A stretch of 58,614 nucleotides of DNA from an uncultured virus (IMG/VR IMGVR_UViG_3300022660_000058) (IMGVR_UViG_3300022660_000058); one strand, 5' to 3'. Shown: positions 9,836 to 20,467, numbered from the stretch's first letter. Numbers and translations are program-made. The notes: generated from the sequence alone by a model not told the origin.

Positions 9836-11283
9836 TGAATACAATAAACGAAATAAATGTGCCTCACCTTTTATCAATTTCTAATCAGGAGCATTTAGAG
9901 TATTATGATATTCAAACTGCTCCTGTAAGATATTTATATGTAAAAATTGAAATTTTAAATGAACAAAATAAAATTATTGGTGAGATTTCGGGTACTGCTA
10001 CAAATGGCAATTATAATATTAATGGTGATTCAACCATTAGAAGAACTTGTGATTTGACATTTAATTTAGAAGATAGTTATTTACCTGAAAACAACAATAG
10101 TATATTTTGGATTAATAAAAAATTTAAATTATATATTGGTTTAGGTAATATTCAGCAAGATAAAATTTATTGGTTTGATAAAGGCACTTATATTATTAAA
10201 GACCCAAATGTGAATATTACAGTTAATAGCAACACTGTAACAATTAGCGGTTTAGATAAAATGGCATTATATTCAGGAGACATTGATGGTCAATTAACTA
10301 CTGCAACAATGGTAACTTATGAAAATGGTGCTACAAGGGGTGACACTGTTAAAGCTATAATGATTGACGGTGGTGAAAAGGAAGATAATATAATTATCGA
10401 AGATAGTGCCGTGATGAAAGAAACGATACCTTATGACATCGAAAGTTCGATTGGAGATTGTACTACCGATGTACTTAATAAGGTAATTGATACTCTTGCC
10501 AATTATCAATATTATTATGATTTAAATGGTAAATTTAACTTTACATCCAAACCCATTAGAGGTGATTTCAGAAATAATAATATTGAATGGGATTTTGAAC
10601 AAAAAAATAATGTTATTATTTCGATTGATAGAAATATTGATTATGCAAATATCAAAAATCGCATAACAATATGGGGTGGTGTTCACGATGACGGTTATCA
10701 GCCAAGTTATACCTTGGAATTAACCGATAGCAATTCAGATTTTGGTGACTCCCCTTTTACTTATGATAAATTGGGTGAAGGTTTTTATAGAGATTATGTT
10801 GAACAGTGTGATGATTATATAGATGCTGTTTTAGATTTCGATGATACTTCAACAGAAGTATTTTATCCATATAATATTTGTGTCAAATATAATGATGTAT
10901 ATTATCGTTGTAACAACGAAGAAGGAACAACTAATACAAACGGTGTTCCAAACAATAATACAACAGATTGGGTAATGATTTGTACAGAAGATAATTTATC
11001 ACAAGCTTCAGGTAATGACTTTGAAAATTATATGCAACAAATACACGCATATTCAATAGCATTATGTCGAGCAAAAGCAAACGAATTAATGTTTACTTAT
11101 TATTTAGCAAACGACACTATTACAATTACTTGTGTACCTATTTATTCATTAGATGTAAATAGTGTCATCATTATAAACGATGAAGTGTCAGGTGCAAAAG
11201 GTTTATATGTTGTCAAAGATATTTCTTGTCAGTTAAATGCAAATGGAACTATGACAATAACAGCACATAAATTATGGGATTAA
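9835..11283 (+). CDS. Putative tail/baseplate hub protein
   Basis: S-TIRRTCDL motif, YYYDLNGKF and terminal GTMTITA pattern seen in siphophage hub-like proteins. Confidence 0.55.
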   Translation: MNTINEINVPHLLSISNQEHLEYYDIQTAPVRYLYVKIEILNEQNKIIGEISGTATNGNYNINGDSTIRRTCDLTFNLEDSYLPENNNSIFWINKKFKLYIGLGNIQQDKIYWFDKGTYIIKDPNVNITVNSNTVTISGLDKMALYSGDIDGQLTTATMVTYENGATRGDTVKAIMIDGGEKEDNIIIEDSAVMKETIPYDIESSIGDCTTDVLNKVIDTLANYQYYYDLNGKFNFTSKPIRGDFRNNNIEWDFEQKNNVIISIDRNIDYANIKNRITIWGGVHDDGYQPSYTLELTDSNSDFGDSPFTYDKLGEGFYRDYVEQCDDYIDAVLDFDDTSTEVFYPYNICVKYNDVYYRCNNEEGTTNTNGVPNNNTTDWVMICTEDNLSQASGNDFENYMQQIHAYSIALCRAKANELMFTYYLANDTITITCVPIYSLDVNSVIIINDEVSGAKGLYVVKDISCQLNANGTMTITAHKLWD

Positions 11284-11298
11284 AGGAGGTAGATATTT

Positions 11299-11751
11299 AT
11301 GGCTATAAATGGTAGTAGAAGTGATTTTACATCGTCAAATAATTATACTTTAGATACCTTTAAAGAAATGTTTGAATTATCGGCAAATGAAGTTGTCAAG
11401 GTTCAAAGATGGAAAGAATTAAAAGCAAAAAACAATAGAACATCTGAGGAAAATCAGGAATTGCTTGATTTAATTGAAACATTAGCTTCTAAAATTATTA
11501 CAGCAGAAGATTGGAATTTATTATTAGATGCTATGTATAATTTAGAGCAAGCATATAAAGATAAAGGTTTAGACCAAATTGATAAAACCGTAGAAGATTA
11601 TGTAGAAGATTATGCAAAGAGAGATATAAACAATAAGCTTGGTACTCAAATCAATGAGTTGTTATTAACCAATGCTACACAAATTATTATTTCTACTTCG
11701 CAACCTACCGTTGTTAACGGTGCTTTATGGATTAAACCCAAAACAACTTAA
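11299..11751 (+). CDS. Tail-associated hypothetical protein
   Basis: Strong RBS; C-terminal ISTSQPT..GALWIK motif common in tail-fibre-associated proteins. Confidence 0.5.
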   Translation: MAINGSRSDFTSSNNYTLDTFKEMFELSANEVVKVQRWKELKAKNNRTSEENQELLDLIETLASKIITAEDWNLLLDAMYNLEQAYKDKGLDQIDKTVEDYVEDYAKRDINNKLGTQINELLLTNATQIIISTSQPTVVNGALWIKPKTT

Positions 11752-11765
11752 AGGAGTGATTATAT

Positions 11766-14009
11766 ATGGCAAGTGGTAGTTTTTATAATTATCCCACAGG
11801 CAGTTTTGGTGTATATTGTGAATGGAGTTCAACCCTTGGTACTGATGGTTATTCTACAGTTACTTTAAAAACTTACTTATCATATTATACGATTAATATT
11901 GGAAGTAGTAAGTGGACAACATCTATTGATGGAAATTCTGCTACATTTACCAGCGATGCAATAAAAGTTTCGAGTGCAAGTTCTTGGAGTAAAAAATTAT
12001 TAAATACTCGTACTTTAAAAGTTAAACACGATAGCGATGGTACAAAAAAAGTCACACTATCTGCTTCTTATCCTTTTAATGGTACATACTCAGGTACATC
12101 TATTGGCACAATTACAGCAAGCAAAACAGTTAGTTTAGACACAATAACAGATTGTACTGCACCAACTTCGTTTAGTGTTACAGCCGATAGGACTGATGGT
12201 GTATTTGAAAGCGTTGTAAGTCTTGCTTGGTCAGGTGCTAAAGGTGGTAGCGGTAATACCATTAGTAGTTATTTTATAAGATATAGAACCAAAAGTTCTT
12301 CAAGTGGTAGTTATGGTAGTTGGGCTGATTTAACAACTGTTACCTCTACGAGTACATCGGGTAGCAAATCTATCGACATATCTTCCAAAGTGTCAAGAGG
12401 ATATTATGTTCAGTTTTCAATTCAAGCAAGGGGTTCAGCAGGAAGTAATTTTTATTCAGGCTACAAAGAGTCTTCTGCTATTAGAAGAAATCCATATACA
12501 ACCTGTACAGCTCCCACATCTATAACTGTAACTCCAAACAATTTTGATGCTACGGTTACAATTAGTTGGTCGGGTGCAGGAGCAGGTACAAGTAATAGCA
12601 TTAGTAGTTATTATATACAATATGCTACCTCTTCTAATAATTCAACTTGGGGTAGTTGGACAGGATTAACAACTGTTAATTCTACAAGTAGTTCAGGTAG
12701 TAAAACCATTGATGTATCCTCTAATGTGTCGAGAGGATATTATATAAAATTTAGAATTAGAACACAAGGTTCAGCAGGTAGCAGTTATTATTCAGGATAC
12801 AAAGAGTCTTCTTCGGTTCTTAGACAACCTTACACATCTTGTGTTGCACCAACTACAATCACACTTTCTCCCGATATGTCGAGTAGTTTTTTTGAAAGCA
12901 GTATTACTATTCAATGGTCGGGTGCTTCAGGTGGTACAAACAATAGCATTTCTTCATATTTAATAAGATATAGCACTTCGACTGATAATTCAACTTGGGG
13001 TAACTATGCTGATTTAACTACCGTGAATACTACTTCTGCATCAGGTAGCACAACTATTAATGTTTCTGCTAAAGTTACAAGAGGACATTATATTAAATTG
13101 GCAATTAGGACTCAGGGTAGTGCAGGTAGTGATTACTATTCGGGATATACATATTCTACTACATTGCAAAGAAATCCTTACACTAAATGCACAGCTCCTA
13201 CACAAATAACTTTAACTTCTGAAAAAGGTTTAAATGGTAGTACATATACTAATGTTTTTGAAAATAGTATTACAATGAGTTTTTCAAATGCTAAAGCAGG
13301 TGAAAACAATACTATTGTGGGTTATTCCGTTCAATACAGACAATCTGATGATAAAATCACTTGGGATGGTTGGAGAGTATATGGTAGTTACGAATCAACA
13401 AATACTGCTGAGAGCTATGAGTTAAATATTGCTGATGTTGTAAGAGGTAAATATATTCAGTTTCAGATTGCAACGCTCAGTTCTCAAAGTGGTTATGATT
13501 CTGATTATGTTGAAAGTCCAATCATTCGTAAAAATAGCATACCATCTAATGTTTCTGCCGTGGATACAAATTTGTTAGAATTAGAATATTCATATGGCGA
13601 TGACATTATTATAGGATGGAGTGAGCCAAGTGACATCGATAGTAATATATATAAATATCAAATTATATTATATCAAAATATCAATGGTACATTTACAAAT
13701 ATTCTTGAAGATGAAGTGGGTGCAAGTAATTTATCATTCACATTAGATTCGAGCAATGAAGCTTATCAGTCTATTAAAAATAATGAGCAAATTAAATTTG
13801 CAGTAAGACCGATAGATGTTTTTGGTTTAGCTTCTAATGGTTATACAGAATCAAAAATTATTACTCGTTATGATGATACAGGTGTTTGTATTGGCGTTAA
13901 TGGAGAATGGATAAATTGTCAGATATATGTTGGCGTGAATGGTGAATGGGTTGAACAATCTGTAGGTGCAGGTGTAAATAACACTTGGTTGCAATGTGGA
14001 TTAAAATAA
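11766..14009 (+). CDS. Tail fibre/receptor-binding-like protein with tandem FN3/Ig-like repeats
   Basis: Ser/Thr-rich; four ~110 aa repeats starting C(T/V)APT..WSGA..N.ISSY.I.Y. Confidence 0.65.
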   Translation: MASGSFYNYPTGSFGVYCEWSSTLGTDGYSTVTLKTYLSYYTINIGSSKWTTSIDGNSATFTSDAIKVSSASSWSKKLLNTRTLKVKHDSDGTKKVTLSASYPFNGTYSGTSIGTITASKTVSLDTITDCTAPTSFSVTADRTDGVFESVVSLAWSGAKGGSGNTISSYFIRYRTKSSSSGSYGSWADLTTVTSTSTSGSKSIDISSKVSRGYYVQFSIQARGSAGSNFYSGYKESSAIRRNPYTTCTAPTSITVTPNNFDATVTISWSGAGAGTSNSISSYYIQYATSSNNSTWGSWTGLTTVNSTSSSGSKTIDVSSNVSRGYYIKFRIRTQGSAGSSYYSGYKESSSVLRQPYTSCVAPTTITLSPDMSSSFFESSITIQWSGASGGTNNSISSYLIRYSTSTDNSTWGNYADLTTVNTTSASGSTTINVSAKVTRGHYIKLAIRTQGSAGSDYYSGYTYSTTLQRNPYTKCTAPTQITLTSEKGLNGSTYTNVFENSITMSFSNAKAGENNTIVGYSVQYRQSDDKITWDGWRVYGSYESTNTAESYELNIADVVRGKYIQFQIATLSSQSGYDSDYVESPIIRKNSIPSNVSAVDTNLLELEYSYGDDIIIGWSEPSDIDSNIYKYQIILYQNINGTFTNILEDEVGASNLSFTLDSSNEAYQSIKNNEQIKFAVRPIDVFGLASNGYTESKIITRYDDTGVCIGVNGEWINCQIYVGVNGEWVEQSVGAGVNNTWLQCGLK

Positions 14010-14030
14010 TATAATTTAATAACTTTTTAT

Positions 14031-14061
14031 AAGACGGTAGATAATTTCTATCGTCTTTATT
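14031..14061 (+). terminator. Putative terminator hairpin
   Basis: AAGACGGTAGA-taatt-TCTATCGTCTT followed by T-rich sequence. Confidence 0.5.
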
Positions 14062-14130
14062 GATTTACAAATAAAACTACAACTAAATAATGATTATATT
14101 TTAAAAAGATTTATTTTGGAGGGTTTTCTT

Positions 14131-15024
14131 ATGGAATACAATATCAATAAAGTTTTAAATATAGCAAATGATGAGGTTGGTTATTTAGAAAAGAAATCAA
14201 ATAATCAGCTTGATAGTAAAACTGCAAATGCAGGAATGAATAACTATACTAAATATGCAAGAGATATTGATGAGTTAAATATTATGTATGGCAAAAAACA
14301 AGGATATGCGTGGTGTGCAATATTTTTTGTTTGGCTGGTTTATAAAGCATATGGGAGACAAGCTTTAGATGAAGTTTTATATGGTTTAGAGTATTCGGCA
14401 GGTTGTATTGAAACTGCAAACTATTATAAAAGAGCAGAGAAATTTTATTCTCTTCCTAAAGTTGGCGACCAAATATTTTTTAAAAACTCAAACGGAGTTA
14501 TTTGTCATACAGGTCTTGTATACAAAGTAGATAATACTTATGTATATACAATCGAAGGAAACACTTCAAATGCGAATGGCGTTATTGCAAACGGTGGTTG
14601 TGTTGCTAAAAAGAAATATGCAAAAACATATAATAGAATTTATGGATATGGTAGACCTAATTATGGCGACCAAAGTAAATTTAGCTCTACTGTAAATTCC
14701 CAAAGTGCAACTCAAAGTGCAATAAAGAATTGGCAACTTTCAGCAATAAAAGATGGTTATAAATTTCCTAAGTATGGAGCTGATGGTCAATGGGGTTCTG
14801 AATGTGAATCTGTGGCTAAAGTTGCTATTTGTAAAATGTATTCTAATGAATATAAAAATAAAAATTTAACTAAAATTGTACAATCAGTTGTTGGTGTGGA
14901 AACAGATGGTTTATTTGGTGCAAACACAAAACAAGCTGTTATTATATATCAAAAGAAAAATAAATTAACTGCTGACGGTGTTGTAGGTTATAACACTTGG
15001 AAAGCTATGTTGGGTATTAAATAA
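14131..15024 (+). CDS. Endolysin (CHAP domain plus peptidoglycan-binding domains)
   Basis: AWCAIF catalytic Cys, HTGLV His, IEGNTS motif; C-terminal DGLFGANTKQAV..YQ..L.ADGVVG PG-binding repeat; ATG at 14131 after GGAGG. Confidence 0.88.
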   Translation: MEYNINKVLNIANDEVGYLEKKSNNQLDSKTANAGMNNYTKYARDIDELNIMYGKKQGYAWCAIFFVWLVYKAYGRQALDEVLYGLEYSAGCIETANYYKRAEKFYSLPKVGDQIFFKNSNGVICHTGLVYKVDNTYVYTIEGNTSNANGVIANGGCVAKKKYAKTYNRIYGYGRPNYGDQSKFSSTVNSQSATQSAIKNWQLSAIKDGYKFPKYGADGQWGSECESVAKVAICKMYSNEYKNKNLTKIVQSVVGVETDGLFGANTKQAVIIYQKKNKLTADGVVGYNTWKAMLGIK

Positions 15025-15031
15025 GGAGGAA

Positions 15032-15427
15032 TTGATTATGGAAAGTACAATTATGGAATTATTTCAAGATTATATTGCAGAAAATGGCGTAGAGATTTTA
15101 GCTACCATTGTAACAGCAATTTTCGGTCTTATTGGTGTACTTGCAAAGAAGCTTTACAACAAAATTATAGATGAGAAGAATGAAAAGATTGTAGAAAAAG
15201 TTGTAGGCTATTGTGTTCAGGGCGTAGAACAGTTATATAAAGATTTACACGGTGAAGAAAAACTTAATAAGGTTATTGAAGCTGTTACTGATATTTTAAA
15301 TGAAAAAGGTATTACTGTTACAGACCTTGAATTAAGGATGCTTATTGAATCAGCAGTTGGTTCATTTAATGATAATTTTAAAAAGACAACTGTTGAAGAT
15401 ACCCCTGCCGAAGAAATTGTAGGTTAA
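15032..15427 (+). CDS. Holin (LL-H-like family)
   Basis: Single N-terminal TM helix, VQGVEQLY..GEEKL..LIESAV motif, adjacent to the endolysin. Confidence 0.75.
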   Translation: MIMESTIMELFQDYIAENGVEILATIVTAIFGLIGVLAKKLYNKIIDEKNEKIVEKVVGYCVQGVEQLYKDLHGEEKLNKVIEAVTDILNEKGITVTDLELRMLIESAVGSFNDNFKKTTVEDTPAEEIVG

Positions 15428-15464
15428 AAAATAATCTATAAAACATATGGGGGTGTCGTAATAA

Positions 15465-15974
15465 GTGGATATTGCAACAGTTGAAACTATAAAAAATATC
15501 TCTCTTATTATTAGTGTGGCTACGAGTTCTATTGCACTTATAACCACACTGACAACTTTAATTGTGAAACCATTAAGAAAAAGATTTATTGCTTTTATTA
15601 AAAGGTCAACTAATGATGTTGAGAAAGATATGATTCTTAAACAACAGGCAGAGGCAATTAAAAAAGAAGATGCGGATATTAAAGAATTAAAAGAAACGGT
15701 TAATCAAGTTGTTGATATTATACAAGAATTAAAAGAAAGAATTTTTAAAAACGAAGCAGATAGACTTCGTAGTGAATTATTTGATTGTGGAAACAGATGT
15801 CGCAGAAGAATACCTTTAAGTGGCGAAGAATATCGTCACATTCAGGGGGTTTTCAAAAAGTATTCTGAGGAATTGCACGAAAATGGTTCAGGAGAAGATG
15901 AGTATAATTTTATAACAACTTATTTTAATTCAGCGTTTAATCAAGACAAAATTAATAGAATATATGACAATTAA
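15465..15974 (+). CDS. Membrane protein of the lysis module (holin-like)
   Basis: N-terminal TM segment, coiled coil, Y..LH.NG motif; last gene of the late operon. Confidence 0.5.
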   Translation: MDIATVETIKNISLIISVATSSIALITTLTTLIVKPLRKRFIAFIKRSTNDVEKDMILKQQAEAIKKEDADIKELKETVNQVVDIIQELKERIFKNEADRLRSELFDCGNRCRRRIPLSGEEYRHIQGVFKKYSEELHENGSGEDEYNFITTYFNSAFNQDKINRIYDN

Positions 15975-15982
15975 ATAAAATT

Positions 15983-16017
15983 GAGGAATGTAATTAAATT
16001 TACATTCCTCTTTTTTT
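15983..16017. terminator. Terminator between the convergent lysis and integrase genes
   Basis: GAGGAATGTAA-ttaaat-TTACATTCCTC plus T7 tract. Confidence 0.8.
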
Positions 16018-16023
16018 ATGCGA

Positions 16024-16923
16024 TTATTTAATTAAATTATTTAAAGGGCTTGTCTTTCTACCCATCTCTACAATTTTTTTATCTTGCATACTTTTTAAAT
16101 ATGTTTTAGTGATATTCATATTGTTATGTCCAAGCAATACCGAAACGGTATGAACATCTGCTCCGTTTCTTAATTGAGTTTGTGCATAATAATGTCTGAT
16201 TGTATGTGGAGAAATTCTTATTCCTTTGATGTTTTCACCTGCTAATTTAATTATTCTTTCGACACCTTCAACGGTTAAAGGTTTGTTTCTATATGAAAGA
16301 AAGTAGTTATTATATTTTAATATATCATCTTTAAGATATGAAGTTCTTGCTCTTTCATATTTAATTAACATCTTTTTAAGCTGTGCAGAGATAGGAACAA
16401 TTCTTTCTTTTGCACCCTTGCCAAAAACATAAATGATACTTTCTTTAACATCTGCAATGGATAAATTGCATAATTCAGAATTTCTGATACCTGTATCAAC
16501 TAACACTGCAATGATAGTTCTGTTTCTGATTGAAAGAAAATCATTTCCTTTGTAATAAGAAAGCATTTCTTTAATGTGTTCATCTTCAAAAGTTTTGATA
16601 ATATAATTCTCTTCGTGTAGCCATTTTACTTTTAAAGAAACATTGGCACAATATCCTTCGTTAGAACAGTATTTAAAAAAGCTTCTAATGTTTTTAAGTA
16701 TACCATTGATATAAATTGCTTTTCTTTTCTTGCTACTTAAATAGTTTAAATAATTCTTAATGTGTACAGGTCTAACTTCTTCAAGGTCATCAATTCCCAA
16801 TTCATCAATAGTATATTTAGCAAATTTCAGTAGATTATTTTTGTAACCTTTGATAGTTTTTTGTGTGTAATTCCTACATTCAATATCGTATAGATACTCT
16901 TTTACTGCTTCTTGTAAATACAT
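16024..16923 (-). CDS. Tyrosine integrase/recombinase
   Basis: TGIRNSEL (R), GKGAKER (K), HTIRH, LLGH and T..Y catalytic residues; N-terminal SAM-like domain. Confidence 0.92.
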   Translation of the reverse strand: MYLQEAVKEYLYDIECRNYTQKTIKGYKNNLLKFAKYTIDELGIDDLEEVRPVHIKNYLNYLSSKKRKAIYINGILKNIRSFFKYCSNEGYCANVSLKVKWLHEENYIIKTFEDEHIKEMLSYYKGNDFLSIRNRTIIAVLVDTGIRNSELCNLSIADVKESIIYVFGKGAKERIVPISAQLKKMLIKYERARTSYLKDDILKYNNYFLSYRNKPLTVEGVERIIKLAGENIKGIRISPHTIRHYYAQTQLRNGADVHTVSVLLGHNNMNITKTYLKSMQDKKIVEMGRKTSPLNNLIK

Positions 16924-17075
16924 ATAAAAACACCCCTCGTATAATTTATTGTTGATAAAACATAAATAAATTACACAAGAGGTATGTCATAATCAATGAC
17001 TGTGATTTTTATTGCATATTCCATAGTCGAATAGATTTTTTACCCTAAATTAACCTCTAAAAACGGTTCTACCCT

Positions 17076-17123
17076 TTATTCATCCCAGCCTTCAGGGAAT
17101 TCTGCATTATGGTAAACATTTTG
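17076..17123 (-). other. Probable attP region: copy of the 3' end of a host yebC/pmpR-family gene
   Basis: Minus strand reads QNVYHNAEFPEGWDE-stop, resembling the YebC C-terminal (DDV)QNVYHN motif; intergenic, beside the integrase. Confidence 0.65.
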
Positions 17124-17297
17124 ACTACCGTAGTGCCAAAGGTTGAAAAGTGAGTAAAATCAAGGGTTGAGAGAGAGATTAAAACTCTTGATAATTTATT
17201 ATGTTTTTCATAATCAATTATACTCTCTTTTCCGTAGTCGGTCAAGGGTTTATCATAGTCATTTTTTAAAATTATTTTTTAAATTTTATTTTGTTGT

Positions 17298-18695
17298 TTA
17301 ATCGTAACTTACTTCTTTGCCTTGTTCTCTTAAAGAAACGAAAACAGGGAATTGCAAACTTTCAAGACCTGTATCTTTGTTTTTGGTAATCTCTTTATAT
17401 TTAACTTCGATTACTCTACCAAGAATACTATCTTTATTTTCCCAAAATTCTTTTCTCTGTTCATCGGAAAAGCCTGAACCTACATTAACTGTATTACCTT
17501 TGTAATCTACAACTAATGCACCAAGAGTTCCTTTAAGTCTACCGTCACCTTCAACAGCATCTACAACTTTAAGGTCAAGTGTATAGAATTTCTTTACCTT
17601 AATTAAGTTCTTTGTACGCTTACATTCATAAGGTGTGTCAAGGTTAATCATAATACCTTCCATATCATTTTGTTCTGCAAATTCTAACCACTTCCAAATT
17701 TCACTTTGGTCTGCACCTTGATAGAACATAGTAACAACAGAAAGGTTTTTGATATTACTATTCATTGAAAAAGCCAATGCCAAACTTACCAACATACCTC
17801 TTCTGCTTGAATATTTAAGTTTGGAAACACCTTCCTCAAATTCTTTTGTAGGTAACATATCGAAAATAACAAGCTTTAATTCTTCTTTATTTTCTTTGTC
17901 TGAATTTGCAATGCCTACGCCCTTTTGGAAAGCTTCGCTATCACTTAAGGAATTATCTTTAAGAATAAGCTCACCATCAAATACATAATCAGTGAGCGTA
18001 GGATATTGTGCAATCAAATTCTTAATATCCTTAATGATATGCTCACAACCTGTATAAACTTTGCCCTGTCTTGTATAGAGTTTTCCTTTATAATAAAAAC
18101 ATCTTGAACCATTTAACTTTTGAGAAATATAAAAATATGTATCTTTAGGAATTTTACATTTCTCAATGCTTGTACCAAGCATAACATTAAGAACAGGAAT
18201 AAAATCTTTGCCATAAACCTTATTGACAGTCTTTATGTCAACACCAAGTTTAAGAGATTTGGTGATGATTGATTTGATAAATTGTCTAAGCTCTTCATCT
18301 TCAGCTAAAAACTTAATATAAAATTGTACATAAGCAATATCAATATCTGTACCTGTGTTATGTTCTTTAACATAGTTTAATAAGTCGTTGAAGATGTCGA
18401 TAAAAGATTTTGTTGTGATTTCTAACAAACTAATATTAAGATTTGTAGGCTTAATTTTTTTATCAATTTTCTTTTTACTAATGCCTGTAACAATTTGATT
18501 ATCAAGCAAAAACTTTAAAATTTCTTTAAATAATTCATCATTTTCGTGTTGTTTAAGTAGGTTTTGTTTCGCAATAGTTGATGATGTGTTTTGTAATTCT
18601 TTAAAAATATTATAAAGAATTTGTAGTCTTGCTTCATTGCCCATATATTCATCAACAATATTTATTGTCGCTCTCATTCCTTGTAATTCACTCAT
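17298..18695 (-). CDS. ATP-dependent DNA ligase
   Basis: SQKLNGSR motif I, VFDGEL, IFD, EGIMI, KVK motifs and C-terminal OB fold with SLQFPVF. Confidence 0.92.
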   Translation of the reverse strand: MSELQGMRATINIVDEYMGNEARLQILYNIFKELQNTSSTIAKQNLLKQHENDELFKEILKFLLDNQIVTGISKKKIDKKIKPTNLNISLLEITTKSFIDIFNDLLNYVKEHNTGTDIDIAYVQFYIKFLAEDEELRQFIKSIITKSLKLGVDIKTVNKVYGKDFIPVLNVMLGTSIEKCKIPKDTYFYISQKLNGSRCFYYKGKLYTRQGKVYTGCEHIIKDIKNLIAQYPTLTDYVFDGELILKDNSLSDSEAFQKGVGIANSDKENKEELKLVIFDMLPTKEFEEGVSKLKYSSRRGMLVSLALAFSMNSNIKNLSVVTMFYQGADQSEIWKWLEFAEQNDMEGIMINLDTPYECKRTKNLIKVKKFYTLDLKVVDAVEGDGRLKGTLGALVVDYKGNTVNVGSGFSDEQRKEFWENKDSILGRVIEVKYKEITKNKDTGLESLQFPVFVSLREQGKEVSYD

Positions 18696-18706
18696 TTACT
18701 TCCACC

Positions 18707-19132
18707 TCAAATCTCAAACATATCAGTTATGTAGTCAAGTGCTTCATCTAAAGTGTCAAATCGAACATCAAAAAGACTACGCATATGGGGTCTTTTAAGC
18801 CAAGGTGTTTTGCCAAATGCAACAACAGGTTTATGTTCTCTCCAAGCCATTGAAAGCTCCCACACTGTACCCACGCTATCATTAATCATATCGAGATTAA
18901 CTAACACAATGTCACAGTTTTTAAGATAAAAATAATTTTGTTTAATAAGTCCGTCTTGTGGATATTCCCAACAACGAGGCTTTTCTTTGCAAGGGTCAAA
19001 GCATTTAATGTCAAACTGTTCAAAGTGTTTTTCGGCTCTTTCTCTCCATATAGTTGCTCTAAAAGGTTGGTTAATATTATAAAAATATGAAATCGTACCT
19101 GCGAGATAAACAGATTTTTTAAATGGTTTCAT
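18707..19132 (-). CDS. Nucleoside 2-deoxyribosyltransferase-like protein
   Basis: VYLAG..CDIVLVNL..SVGTVWEL..A...KPVV pattern. Confidence 0.75.
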   Translation of the reverse strand: MKPFKKSVYLAGTISYFYNINQPFRATIWRERAEKHFEQFDIKCFDPCKEKPRCWEYPQDGLIKQNYFYLKNCDIVLVNLDMINDSVGTVWELSMAWREHKPVVAFGKTPWLKRPHMRSLFDVRFDTLDEALDYITDMFEI

Positions 19133-19476
19133 TAGAATCTAATACCTCCACTGTGATATGAGGTAGTTGATGCTTTGTTTACCGATGTTGTTTCTTTTTC
19201 TTTTTCATTATCCATTTCAATAATGGTCATCATACAATAGTTAGCAAGGTCAAGCAGTGTATCTCTAATACTCTCGTCTTTAACCTTACGCTCTTCTGCT
19301 GATTTGGTTGCAAGAGAACAAATACGATTATATTTATCTGAAATTCTTGTTACGGCAGAAATGATACCAAGCTTTTCAAAAGTTTCACCAAATGAATTAC
19401 CGTAATCTGAGTTTTTCTGTTCGTAAATTTTATTAAGGTTTTCACAAATTTCTCTATGTCTTTCTACTCTGTTCAT
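19132..19476 (-). CDS. DUF1599-like nucleotide-modification-associated protein
   Basis: KNSDYGNSF..RISDKYNR..ESIRDTLLDLANY motif. Confidence 0.75.
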   Translation of the reverse strand: MNRVERHREICENLNKIYEQKNSDYGNSFGETFEKLGIISAVTRISDKYNRICSLATKSAEERKVKDESIRDTLLDLANYCMMTIIEMDNEKEKETTSVNKASTTSYHSGGIRF

Positions 19477-19490
19477 TTATATTCTCCTTG

Positions 19491-19970
19491 TTATATTGAA
19501 TTACTTTCAAACCATAAAAGTTTATCATTGTTTATAATTTCTTTTGGGAAGGTCATTATCAACTTAGAAATATCCATATCTACTGTATACAAACCATATT
19601 CGTTTTCTTGTGACAGTTCGATAGCAGTTGTTGGTGATTGACAATGAATCAATCCCCCTTTAAAACCATATCTTTTTATCCATTTTTTATTAATACGCTT
19701 TTTCTTGTGGTATCTTGTTTGGATTAAAATAGGTATATCATATTCAAGATACAAGTTTTTTGTAGATTGTGCTGTTAAAGACTTTAGTGCTTCTACATTA
19801 AGATAATCAAGTTCAGCATTTAAACTTGCCTCACCTGTCATATGGTATATAGGAGATGTATCTGCACTAAGTTCGGTAGTGCAGATAGCATCATTAAAGT
19901 CTGCAATTTTATAAATCTCTTTATTGTTTGTTAGGTTAATTAATGTTCCACCTGTGAGTTCAATCCCCAT
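19491..19970 (-). CDS. Hypothetical protein
   Basis: Tightly packed ORF in the operon; RYHKKKRINKKWIKRYG motif. Confidence 0.6.
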   Translation of the reverse strand: MGIELTGGTLINLTNNKEIYKIADFNDAICTTELSADTSPIYHMTGEASLNAELDYLNVEALKSLTAQSTKNLYLEYDIPILIQTRYHKKKRINKKWIKRYGFKGGLIHCQSPTTAIELSQENEYGLYTVDMDISKLIMTFPKEIINNDKLLWFESNSI

Positions 19971-20467
19971 TACTTGCCACTACTTCCTAATGCCCCATCG
20001 CCACGCTCAGATTCAATAGCCTGAAGTTCTTCATAAGAAATTTCCTCAACAGTTGTCTTGGGGACAGGAACTAAAATAGCCTGTGCAATAGCTTTCTCGC
20101 AGTCATATGTAAAACGAGTTGAAGGAATACGATGCTTGTTTTCGTAGTTAGGGTTGACAAGGAATAATGGTTGAGAGGTTGTATTTGTTAAACCGATAAA
20201 CCAAGGATTTCTATATCCTGAGTCGATAACACCACAACGAACTGCAATGCCTTTAGAGCCTGTTGAACCTCTTTCTTTTACAATGAAACAATAATCTTTA
20301 TCACATACGCTTGCAATTTCTGTAGGAATGAGACGAGTTTCGTGTGGATTGATTGCGATATAATCTTCATCAAAACACGCATATATATCATAACCTGCAT
20401 CCTCTTCTCTCTTTGTTGGAATCTTAGCATTGGGTTTTACTTTTGCAAATTTAATTGTTGTTTCCAT
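19970..20467 (-). CDS. dut: Trimeric dUTPase
   Basis: AGYDI, GVIDSGYR, IAQ and RGDGALGSSG motifs. Confidence 0.92.
   Translation of the reverse strand: METTIKFAKVKPNAKIPTKREEDAGYDIYACFDEDYIAINPHETRLIPTEIASVCDKDYCFIVKERGSTGSKGIAVRCGVIDSGYRNPWFIGLTNTTSQPLFLVNPNYENKHRIPSTRFTYDCEKAIAQAILVPVPKTTVEEISYEELQAIESERGDGALGSSGK

Noticed and set aside
6851..14009. Diversity-generating retroelement targeting tail proteins
   Set aside because: No reverse transcriptase and no adenine-specific TR/VR repeat pair was seen in the window.
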